Positions 14,251-26,166 of a DNA stretch of 64,000 nucleotides are shown here, piece after piece. Position numbers and translations under genes: made by a program. Position 1 is the stretch's first letter. Each line of letters opens with the position of its first letter. A model generated the notes under the pieces. It searched no databases. It saw only the letters and a program-made list of their open reading frames with translations, and was not told the DNA's origin. The stretch spans positions 29,202,001-29,266,000 of the forward strand of contig NC_043006.1 of assembly GCF_006345805.1 (NCBI RefSeq). Reading direction: 5' to 3'. The DNA comes from Octopus sinensis. Its lineage: Eukaryota.

Positions 14251-17200
14251 ACATGCTAACTCAAACTGTAAACTTTGAAATATTAACACACTACCTCACT
14301 TACTCAGACTGCTACTGGACCAGTAGTGGTCCAGTCCATTCTCATCAGGGGGCGTCACACTCTTACAAAACAGACTGTGTGGGTTTAGTACATAGCAGAA
14401 GGGGGTGTAAAATCCTTGAAACCTGCTCAGGCCTTTCCAGCTATCTGACAGGCACCGACCGGATTTCCACGATATGCCAGTGTGGACAGAAGAAACGTGA
14501 AAAGAAATAAGTGGAGAGTAGCCTTCAACCCTCCACCTGACATGAACATCTTGAGATGCAGTTACATACACAGAGCCGGATTCATAGGGGATTGCAGGGG
14601 GCAATTGCCCAAGGCAATTGACAGATATGGCCCCGCCCCTGTTTATGAAGGGTATGTAGCACTCAATACAGCAAGCACCCCACCCCACCCACCTCTCAGC
14701 AATCTTTCTTGCAGAGGCTCTTTTTCAATAAACAAACATATCTTTAAAAATGTAACGGATCCTCTTTTTTGATAAAAAAAAACTATAGTTTTAACTACAT
14801 TAGTGACATCAATTCATTCAATTAAAAAACTCTTTGCTACCCAATTCTCTTAGGAATTAGTTGTAACTGCTTCTGGGACATCAGCAGACAAAAGAAAACC
14901 AACAAAGCACTCCAAAAAGTGTATGTATGTACCTGTGAGAGTGTGTGTGTGTGTGTGTATGAGCAAGAGAGAGAGAGAGAGAGAAGTTATTATCTCTAGT
15001 TCAAATTCTTTTTTCAACATGAGTGAACAGTGACCTTAGACTGACCACTGGCAATTAAAGACACACACATTGCCATTGTAGACTTCATTATTTCATTGAG
15101 GCATTGAAAACTGGCCTTATTTTATGAAAGAGCAAGTGAGTAATGAATATGTGCTAAGATTTAAATTTTGAATTTAGTCTTAATTATAAAATTACATCTT
15201 TCAACAGCTCAAAGCATTTTTTTTTTTTTCAACTTTAGAATTAACTGACACACTGTTGGTTACAACAACGAGGGTACCAGTTGATCCGATCAATGAAAGC
15301 GAAACAGCCTACTAACGTGCAAGTGGCTGAGCACTCCACAGACACATGTACTCTCAACGTAATTCTCAGAGAGATTCAGCATGACACAGACTGCGACAAG
15401 GCTGGCCTTTTGAAATAATGATACTACTCATTTTTGCCAGCTGAGTGGACTGGAACAACACGAAATAAAGTGTCTTGCTGAAGGACACAATGCATCTCCA
15501 GGAATTGAACTCTCAACCTTACAATCGTGAACTAAATATCCTAACCACTAAGCCACTCACCTTCACCTTTAATACTCACATGTTTTTCATTAGATCGAAT
15601 CTTTCTTTTTTTCACTATTTTTCATTTTGTTAAATACTTGAAATAACTGCAGGAGAGTGGGGCAAAATGAGTAATTACCAACTTTTTGCTATTTTTTTAC
15701 TATTTATTTTAAAGTATTACATTTCAAGTATTGCATCACCATTTTGTACCCTAGCATCATCTTTGGGAGTGTATATTGACAATTGTTGTTGTTGTTGCAG
15801 TTGAAGCCATTTGAAACAGTCAGGTCACAGGTGCTTTCTTTTCAAGAAATTTTTCCTCAACTTCGACCCAGTTGTAATTGAGTTTGTTAATAAAATATCT
15901 AGATAATTTTTGGTGTTTAACAATCCAAATTCATTTCCCTGTTGGATTCCAAATCAATTTTTTTCCCACACTAATATCTAATTTGATAGGTTTCAGTTTT
16001 CAAAGACTGAGTCTAAACTTGGGCAAAAGGAATAATGACTACTTACAATAATCTCTTCTCTTTAACTGTGTGGTACATAAATGTATCAGAAAGTGAGCCA
16101 AGTGGAATTCTGCTGTACCCCATATACTCCCTCATAAATTTTTTTTTTTTTGTTTTGAATTTTCAGAAAATTTTTTCATGTGATTTAAGGGCTATTTAGG
16201 TGTTATTTTTAGCACATCTCACGACCACCTGATACCCTCCTTATTTCTTTGTCACTCTGATGTATTGGTGCTTTTTCAATATCTTTCTCCCCGTAAATAT
16301 ATTCCCACTCTCCATGATGTTTGCCATGTGAAATATCCATCACCTGGTTAGTGATGGATGTCTAGGCAGGTATAAAGGAAGGCAAGGTAACTATCTTGGA
16401 GGTAGAGAAAACACCTCAACAAAACAGGTCAGGTGTAGGTATGAAACTGACCTTACAATATAAGCAAACATTTATCAACAAGCTATCTAACCTAAGAGAC
16501 TTCTCGGATGGCACCCTTCTGTCAGTATCAGTGGAGCATAGAAAGCCAAGATTCCATTTTGCCCTCAAACAAAGAAAACAAAACTCCCACTGCTGCCAAC
16601 ATTACAAATACAACCAACACAAAATCATGAGGACATGCTCAAGACTAACACCCACCCTCAAAACAAAACAAGGAAGAAGTTTACTCCCAGCTGCCACTGA
16701 AAAGCAAGCTTTTCCAGGACACCCTGCCCTCCAAATCAACAACAGCAGCAAAGATATGGAGAAAGAAGAGCAGGCTGAACAATGGATCACTGTAACAAAA
16801 GGGGGAAGGTGAAAGAGCAAAGTACATAGCCTTGATCCTAGGATACAACAAAAACAAACACAAAAACCACAACTGCAGCCCAATACACAACTACTGCAAC
16901 AACAACAAAAACAGCAACATCAACAACAGCATGACAGGTACCGAATGGATTTCCCTGATGTGCCAGTGTAGATGTGGAGCAACTGCAATGGGTCATCCAT
17001 ATTGTATCTAGATAGAGTATTTGTTAGGTCATATGGCAGTGGTAACTTAGGTTGTTCACAATTTAAATTGGTCGGCTATACAGATCACAAATTTGTAATA
17101 TGCACAGTAGATTTAGATATAAATTGTAGACAGGGACAGGGTTAATGGAAGTTGAACGCATTCTTACTGGCTCACAAAAACTACAGAGTCCGGATTAGCA

Positions 17201-18369
17201 AACTAGTTAAATTGCTGTTGGCAGGGGTAATCATCAGCAACCAGTGAAGAGGGCGATTAGAGCAGAATCAATAGCATTTAGTAAAGATTTAGCAATAGAA
17301 ATGATGATTGCCCCACCGCCCTTCTTTAATCAGGCAGGCAAGGCAGTTTTCCTTTGTCTGGTGAAGCATGACCTTCAAACATTAGGCTTCATCGAGGCAA
17401 TGACTAGTGACCGGGACCTTTGGAAATATGCTGTGCTTGAGAAGACCCGGCAAGCCAAGTGAGACCATAACCTCGTGGCCTATGCCAGGGGTGTAACCAG
17501 CCCACTTATGCATACCTTTCCTTCATTAGACACTAAACTCTGCTTGGGAAGACCTGTTGAGGCAAGTGAAATCGAAATTAAATTCGATGACTGGCAACCA
17601 TGCTAGTGGAGCGCTAAGAGTACCATCCAAGCGTGATCATTGCTAGAGCGGCTAACTGGCTTCCATGCCAGTGGTAAATAAAAAGCACCATTCGAGCGTG
17701 ACCATTACCAGTGTCGCCTTACTGGCATTTATGCTGGTGGCAAGTGAAAAATCATTCGAGGCTGTTACCAGTGCTGCTCGACTGGCTCCTGTGCAGGTGG
17801 CAAGTAAAAAACATCATTTGAACGTGCTCGTTGCCAGTACTGCCTGACTAGCCCTCATGCTGGTGACTACACTACACTCTCGGAGTGGTTGGCATTAGGA
17901 AAGGCATCCAGCTGTAGAAACTCTGCCAGATCAGATTAGAGCCTGGTGCAGCCATCTGGTTCGCCAATCCTCAGTCAAATCGTTCAACCCATGCTAGCAT
18001 GGAAAGCGGACGTTAAACGATGATGATGATGATGATGATGTGGGTGACAGTTGTGAAAATGGCTAGAGAGGATGATATCGCTCAAAGTTTAGATCTGTGA
18101 GTTGAAAGGAACTGTCTTTGGTATTCAGAGAGATCTTGGATGGTGGGGTTCTTCGATCATCTCTAGAGGTCCTCCTGTATCAGGAGGACCAGATCACTGT
18201 CATCCTTCTCCTCCCTCTCTCTTACTATTGTATACTATGTATACTATTCCTTATTATTGTATACCGTGTAAACATTTTTAAATCATTCAATCGTATATAA
18301 CCCCACCACACACACTTTATGTTTGTCTTTGTATTGTCCCCCCTCGTCCTTCACCCTCTTTTTTTCTTA

Positions 18370-19170
18370 AGGCAGCGAGCTGGCAGAAACGTTAGCACAC
18401 TGGGCAAAATGCTTAGTGGTATTTCGTCTGCCGTTATGTTCTGAATTCAAATTCCACCAAGGTCAACTTTACCTTTCATCCTTTTGGGGTTGATTAAATA
18501 AGTACCAGTTACGCACTGGCATCGATATAATCGACTTAATCCGTTTGTCTGTCCTTGTTTGTCCCCTCTGTGTTTAGCGCCTTGTGGGTAGTAAGGAAAT
18601 AGGTATTTCGTCTGCTGTTACATTCTGAGTTCAAATTCCGCCGAGGTCGACTTTGCCTTTCATCCTTTCGGGGTTGATAAATTAAGTACCAGTTATGCAC
18701 TGGAGTCGATATAATCAACTTAATCCCTTTGTCCCTTCTGTGTGTAGCCCCTTATAGGCAGTAAAGAAATAGGTAGTTCAACTGCAGCTAGGTTCTGAGC
18801 TCAAATTCTGCCAAGTTTGACTTTGCCTTTCACCCTTTTGGAGTCAATAAATTAAGTACCAGTGAAACACTGGGGTTGATGTAATCGACTTGTCCCCTCC
18901 ACCAAAATTTCAAGTCTTATGCCTTTAGTAGAAAGGATTATTATTATTATTATTATTAAAGGCAGTAAACTGGCAGAATCATAAGTGCACTGGACAAAAT
19001 GCTTAGTGACATTTTATCTGTTTTTACGTTCTGGATTCAAAATCTGCGGAGGTCAACTTTGACTTTCATCCTTTTGGGGTCAATAAATTTAGTACCAGTG
19101 AAACACAGGGTTTGATGTAATTCACCAGCCTCCTCCCCCAACTTTTCAAGACTTGTGCCTATAATGAAAA
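18370..19170 (+). mobile_element. Head-to-tail cluster of an abundant SINE family (GGTCGACTTTGCCTTTCATCCTTTCGGGGTCGATAAA type); other copies near 2860, 11200-12130, 12940-13260, 21058, 21560, 24000, 39020-39400, 45220-45870, 58375 and 61508
   Basis: The same ~200-bp body recurs many times in both orientations in the window. Confidence 0.8.
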
Positions 19171-19744
19171 AGGATTACAATTATCTGGTCCCTAGGTCAG
19201 TCCTAGTTAAGCAGGCCTATGATCTTAGGCATTGCATCCCTGACTATTCAAAAATGTTGACAGACATAATATATCTACGATTATGTTATCCAATGCGCCT
19301 TTTTAAAGACAAAATGTTGTGCATTAAGAGAGATTCAACTGCTATTTTTAGCAGGTAAAGTGACCACTTAGTGTTGGAGTGGAGGTAGATTTTGGAGTTT
19401 AAAAATTAAAAATATTGAACTTCTAAAACTATAGAAACGTCAGCTGCTTATCTGGAGAGAAAGAGAGAGAAAGTAGGAGAGAGGGGTAGGAGAGAGAGAG
19501 AGGGTAGGAGAGAGAGAGAGGGTAGGAGAAAGAGAGGATAAATAGAAGCCTTATCTTCAACTTTTGTTTGTGATGTGCTTATCAGTTTAATTTATCACGA
19601 GTGCCTAAATAGTGTCAGTGTAAGTAAACCACGCATGACGAAGGCCGCCGCCACCACCATTGTTGTTGCTGCAAATACAACTGCAACTACTACTACTATG
19701 ATCATCATCAAGTGTTTACAAATGAAATAGGACAGCCGAATACG

Positions 19745-19783
19745 CACGTGCCCTGACGTCACTTCCTTCTTTTCTTATAAATA
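19745..19783 (+). promoter_or_regulatory. Putative ACP7 core promoter: E-box CACGTG (19745-19750), CRE TGACGTCA (19754-19761), TATA-like TATAAATA (19776-19783)
   Basis: Exact motif matches clustered within 40 bp, about 100 bp upstream of the ATG, in locally CpG-containing unique sequence. Confidence 0.55.
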
Positions 19784-19875
19784 ATAATTGAGTTGCGAGA
19801 TTGGCAAGCAATTGAAAGAGGTCTGCTTTCGAGTCAATCCTTCTTCACACTTCGAACCAATCAAGTCTTAAAAAG

Positions 19876-19990
19876 ATGTCAATCAGCGGAGCTTTCGTTG
19901 GAGTAACGCTGTTACATTTGATTGTTTGCAGTGCTATGGCGGATGGCCCCTTCTATTATCAACCCGAGCAAGTTCATTTATCTTACGGAG
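19876..19990 (+). CDS. ACP7: ACP7 exon 1 ([38 protein letters not shown], phase 1)
   Basis: ATG at 19876, hydrophobic signal peptide, conserved [10 protein letters not shown], donor GTAAGA at 19991. Confidence 0.9.
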
Positions 19991-22900
19991 GTAAGATTAA
20001 AATATAATTCAATTTTTATTTCAAGTGGCCGTAAATTGGTGCGCAGAATCTATGCGGATTTACTACTACTATTTCTTGCTTTCGCTACAGTCTGACTCTT
20101 ACCCTTCGCTTATATTTGTATATTTATGCTCTTCCTTACTTTCATTTTAGTAATTGATTATCCATTCTATACTACACCATTCAAAAATGATCGATCTGAT
20201 TAATTAATTAATTTTTCTACCAAATCTCTCTTAACTACAGTTGCAAATACTTGTCATTGTGCAAACGTTCCTTTAGAGAAACAGGAAGAAGGCCTGCGAA
20301 GTAGCAACAGATGCAACACTGATTTATGTAAGATAGAAAAAAAATTAAATTAGATCCAAATTTCTCATTTAGATACGGCATCTCTTGGATAGTTGCTTCA
20401 TCAAAATTAAAGCTGCATGTTTTTGACTATTTTTATATAATTGAACTCTGCATTTACATAAAATCTAAATATTTATTATAAAAAATATCACCGGGATAGA
20501 ATCAACATTTTACGATTTCAAGTCTTTATAAACAATTATTTTTTCATAACAATCCTTCGATTGCTTATAAAAACGTTGTATCTCATGTAAAACTGTATAA
20601 ATTTAAAAACAGGATTATAGTGTTTGGCTTTGCTGTTGCCAAATCACCTTCGATTTGTCTCGCTGAGGTCAACTTCGTCTTGCGATCGATAAAAAAAATT
20701 TCATTGATTATACCGTCCCTCCAAATTTGTGGTAGTGCCAATGTTAAAAATCAATATTTTTATCGATTCCCAAGGAGATTAAAGGCTGGGTCAACCTCAT
20801 AATTCTTTGAATTTAAAAAGATAAGGTTCTGATCCTTGATAAAACATCTAATCCGACACTATTCTTGCCCAAATAATAACGTCAATCACTACAACATAAA
20901 TGATGGCGAGGTTTCAAATAGACATGAGACCGCATTCTGGGAAGGAGGAGGAAGAGAAGGTAGTCAGTTATGTCATCCCAGTATTTGACTGAGTCTAACG
21001 AGAATTATAGTTTGCAACAAGACATAACAATGTTATATTTCAATACCTGAAGTGGGCAAGGCGGCGGACCGGCAAAAACGTTAGCATGCCGGGCGAATGC
21101 TTGGCGGTATTTAGCCCGTCATTACGTTCTGAGTTCCATTTCCGCGGAGGTCGACTTTGCCTTTCATCCTTTCGGGGTCGATAAATTAAGTACCAGTGGA
21201 GTACTGGGATCGATCTAATCGACTGGCCCCCTTCCCCCAAAATTTCGGGCTTTGTGCCTAGAGTAGAAAAGAATATCTTAAGTGGGCATACGGCCTAGAG
21301 TAGAAAAGAATATCTTAAGTGGGCATACGGCCTAGAGTAGAAAAGAATATCTTAAGTGGGCATACGGTCTAGAGTAGAAAAGAATATCTTAAGTGGGCTT
21401 ACGGTCTAGAGTAGAAAAGAATATCTTAAGTGGGCATACGGCCAAACAGTTTGTGGGAGGCATGTACAGGATTAAACTGTATTTGCAATAAAAAAGAAAA
21501 TCCTTTTTCGATTGTCATAAATTTGTGGTGATGAAGAGGATTTACTACTAATAATAATAATGGTTTCAAATTTTGGCACAAGACCATCAAGTTAGGGGGA
21601 GGGGTTAAATAGACTTCATGGATTCCAGTGCCCAACTGGGACTTATTTTATCGATCCTGAAATTATGAAAGGCAAAATCGACCTTGGCGGAATAATACCA
21701 TCATAAGAATTAAATCACAATACATGAGGGTTTTTTTTGTTTTGTTTTGGGATAAGAGTTGTTTTTTTTTCTCATTTATAAGAAGTACATGATCTTAATT
21801 ACAAAAATAATCCACATTTAAATTCAAATCCCAAACCAAAAAAGATATAAATATGAGCAAAGGAAGAGAAAAAAGTAAAAAGTGGAAGAAAGAAGAGGAA
21901 AAACCATCAATTCAGCACTAAGTGCATCAGTCGGTCACACACCACAAGGTTCAAGGAAACCTACGGAAGCAAGCCAAGATGCTCGCAGTATTACCATGGG
22001 CAATGGCAAGGTCACGGCATTGGAATGACCAAGCACCCCCATGGCAACTCTCACCTTACCAACATCATCCCTTTACATGGCTCTCACTAACCACTATCCC
22101 AAGCTTCTGCATTGCCTTACCAGATAAGGGAGCAGGGAGAAATCCTGATATGGAGAGAGCCTGTCAAAAGCCAGAAACAGAGGTTTATTTTTGGCCAGTT
22201 ATTTCTCCTGCAGTTGCCTCACCAAGAAGATAACATTAGTGGTGATTCTTCCTGGCACAAATCCAAACTGCATCTGATCTATGCTAACTTGCTTCCTAAT
22301 TAAGTGAGCTCTGATCCTTTCTGCAACTTTCACCTCTTGGTTCAGCAATTTGATGCTTCTGTAATTATTTCTGTCTAGGGCATCACCTTTGCCTTTGCAG
22401 CAGCTGACTATAATGCTGCTACACCAGTCATTGGATATGATTCCCTTATGGACAACCTGGTTAATTATACAGGTGACCAGGTTATATCCCACTCCTCCAG
22501 AGATTTTAAGCATCTCAGCAGTGATTCCTGATGGATCATAGGCTTTCCTTGTCTTCATATCCTTAATTGCTTTATTTACTAAGCTACTGTCGATTTGAAT
22601 AGGCAATCTCTCTGTTGAATCCACATTGGGCAGGTTCTCCTTTTCTACATTAAGCAGTCTTTCATAGTGGCACTTTCAAGCCTCCTCCTTTGCAGAACCA
22701 CTAACTGTGAGCCATCATCCATGTGAACACATTTCTTCCCTACCACATCACAATTTTCTTTCACACACTGTCTTGCAATCCAAAACACTTCGAGACTCTC
22801 ATCCTCAGAATGCAGAATATTGGCAAACTTCCTCTTTTCTGCTATTCCCCTGGCTAAGTACACTTGTCTTCTAGCATCCCTCCTAGTTGCATGATATAGT

Positions 22901-25900
22901 TCCCTGCTACCACCACTCTTCCAGTCCTGTTTCTTTGCTTTAATGGCCTTGTCTACAGCATTATTCCATCACGACGTTACCCTAGGTTTGGTTGGAACTT
23001 TGCATCAGTCACAGATTTGGTATGTGGCACTCAGTAAGCTGCTCTACAAGAATTCTCAGTTGCCCTCTATGTTACAAGTCTGTAGTTCCTCCTCATCAAA
23101 TTTCTCAATTAAGGTGTCCCTAAATTTCTGACCACATAAAGGATCCTTAAGCTTCCAAATCCTTCTTTTCCAGATTGGTCTGCTTCTTGGCATCCTTCTG
23201 GCCTGAAGCCTAAAGTCGCCAATGACTAGTCTATGCTGGCATGTACATTCTTCACCAGGGAAGGTCTCTGCATTTAATAGCACCCATGTATCTCACTGTT
23301 TGGTGAGAATGTAATCAATCTGGTTAACATGGTCATCATCCAATTGATAAGTTATCAGGTGTCTGTCTCACTTTTCCTGAAGTTGATCTTGCAAATCAAT
23401 AGGTTATTCACATCACAGAACTCCTGTAGCCTTGCTCCCTTTTCATTTTGGGAACCAATTCCATGGCCCCCATGTACACAATAGAAGATACCTGGCTGAT
23501 GCCCAAAATGTCTATTGAAATCACCAGCCACGAAGATGAGGTCATTGTCATTCATCTTTGAGGTAGCCTGCAGAAGAATATCATAAAAGTAGTCCTTTTG
23601 TCCATTTGGTAGACCCAGCTGTGGGGCATAGGCAGAAATAATTGTTGCTGTACTATTCTGGAAAACTAGCTTGAGCTTAAATACTCTATCGCACACTCTG
23701 ACTACTTCTGTGACCTTGTCAACCCATTTCTCAGCAAGAAGTATGCTCACACCACTTAGCCCATCACTTGATATTTATGATAAATGTGGAAAAAGTTTTC
23801 CTATCTACTTATTTACATACATTCATTTCTGAAAAGAGAAAATTCACTGGCATTAAACATGCGTGTGATGGTGAACAAATTGTCATTTCTGATTTCTAAC
23901 ATCCCAAGCAAAAGTACATTATGAAATTATTGAGTCTGTAAATAATGTCTTTTTACCCATAGCTTTCCATACTGCATGTCATTATATTTACAAATCAGAA
24001 ACGTTAGCACGTCGGGCGAAATGCTTAGCAGTATTTTGTCTGCCGTTACGTTGTGAGTTCAAATTCCGCCGAGGTCCACTTTACCTTTCATACTTTCAGG
24101 GTCGATAAATTAAGTACCAGTCAGGCACTGGGTTCGATGTAATCGACTTCATACCTATGTCTGTCCTTGTTTGTCCCCTCTATGTTTAGCCCCTTGTGGG
24201 TAATAAAGAAATAATTATATTTACAAATCAACCTCTAGAGACAACAAAATTATCATCTCATAACTGGAATAATGCTTTGAAAGAGGTGAATTTTATATCA
24301 ATTCATTGGACATCATTAGAGATCAGGATATATGATGTAATAGGATCTTGTTATAAAAGGTCAAATCAACACGTACTGATATAACTTGAATATTTGGAAT
24401 TTCACAAAGAAATCAAGAAAACGTTGATAACAGTTTTACTGTGACTTTATTGAGTAAAGATCCTGTAATTTACAAGAGTTGGCTCAGCATCATTAACACA
24501 TTCTTTGAATCTTCATCTTATAGGCGCAGGAGTGGCTGTGTGGTAAGTAGCTTGCTTACCAACCACATGGTTCCGGGTTCAGTCCCACTGCGTGGCATCT
24601 TGGGCAAGTGTCTTCTGCTATAGCCCTGGGCCGACCAATGCCTTGTGAGTGGATTTGGTAGACGGAAACTGAAAGAAGCCTGTCGTATATATGTATATAT
24701 ATATGTGTGTGTGTTTGTGTGTCTGTGTTTGTCCCCCTAGCATTGCTTGACAACCGATGCTGGTGTGTTTATGTCCTCATCACTTAGCGGTTCGGCAAAA
24801 GAGACCGATAGAATAAGTACTGGGCTTACAAAGAATAAGTCCCGGGGTCGATTTGCTCGACTAAAGGCGGTGCTCCAGCATGGCAGCAGTCAAATGACTG
24901 AAATAAGTAAAAGAGTAAAGAGTATAGTTAAAAATGGAAATGTTAGGTTTTTGTCTCTGAAAGTACTCTTTCATAGCAATCTCCCAAGTTTTTCCTTAAT
25001 AACATTTTTTCTTTTACTTTGGCTGCTATTTTTAATTTCAGCTTTCAAGAGTTGATTCAATTTTAAAGTTTTACGTTTGAACCAATACAACTACTTTCAT
25101 ATACTCTCCTCTCTAACAACTCTCATTTATTTTCCTCTGTAACTGCTCTTACTCTCTTCCATAGTTACTCTTGTATACTCTTTGTAATTACTCTTCGATG
25201 CTCTCCTTTGCATTAAAGCTACTCTGTAAATCTGCATAAATTATAATCTTAATTATTTTCAGATGATCCTACTCAGATGGTGGTTACTTGGGTGACAATG
25301 AGTGAGACTAACTCTTCAATGGTTGAATATGGTCAGGATTCATTAAAATACATGGTTCCAGGTACTGAAACCCTCTTTATAGATGGTGGCTCTGAGCAAC
25401 GGCATATTTATATGCATCGGGTCACATTAACTCAACTGGATCCAGGCCAGAAATACAGTAAGCTGTAACATTTTTAATTTTAATTTCCAAATTGATTCTT
25501 TTCGGTTTTTCTCATATGTCACAGAAATCACCATAAAGTGCTACATGAGAATGTCAGCATCATCATCATCATCATCATCTTTTAATCCCAGTTTTTCATG
25601 TTGGCATGGGTTGGATGGTTTGACAGGATCCACTGAGTCACACACCTGCAATGTGCTCCATGTCAGTTTTGTATGATAGATGGTGCTGACATGGACATTG
25701 TAAGCTTTTGCAACAACTAGGACACACTGCCCTGCTTGCAATCGGCCAATAGCTTATCTCTCTGCACTGCTGACAATCGGGCCACACTTGATGCATCCAA
25801 ATTATGAATCCCAGGAACATGGTTCAAGTTGATTTTTATACCCATAACCTCCATGACATGCACATGCGTTTCAGTTTTCATGACAATTCTTTGTGACTGC

Positions 25901-26093
25901 CACCCATGGCATTCAACACAGGTGCGTTTTCACAACTCTTTTCAGGGAAAATTGAAAGGTTACCTGCAATTTGGGTCTCAGCCATAAACCAGCATGTCTT
26001 GGAATATTTACACTTAAATCCCCGAAATAAATTTTCAGAATTTTCAACATAAAAATGACATTTGAAAAAATTCACATTTCTTTTGTGGTTCAG

Positions 26094-26166
<73 letters not shown>

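Noticed and set aside
16396-16890. 138-aa ORF (LLSVSVEHRKPRF...)
   Set aside because: Possibly a decayed LINE ORF1 zinc-knuckle region, but the motifs are too eroded; no splice or host-gene evidence
21257-21441. CRISPR-like 37-bp direct repeats
   Set aside because: Units are contiguous with no spacers, the DNA is eukaryotic, there are no cas genes, and the unit derives from a SINE tail plus target site
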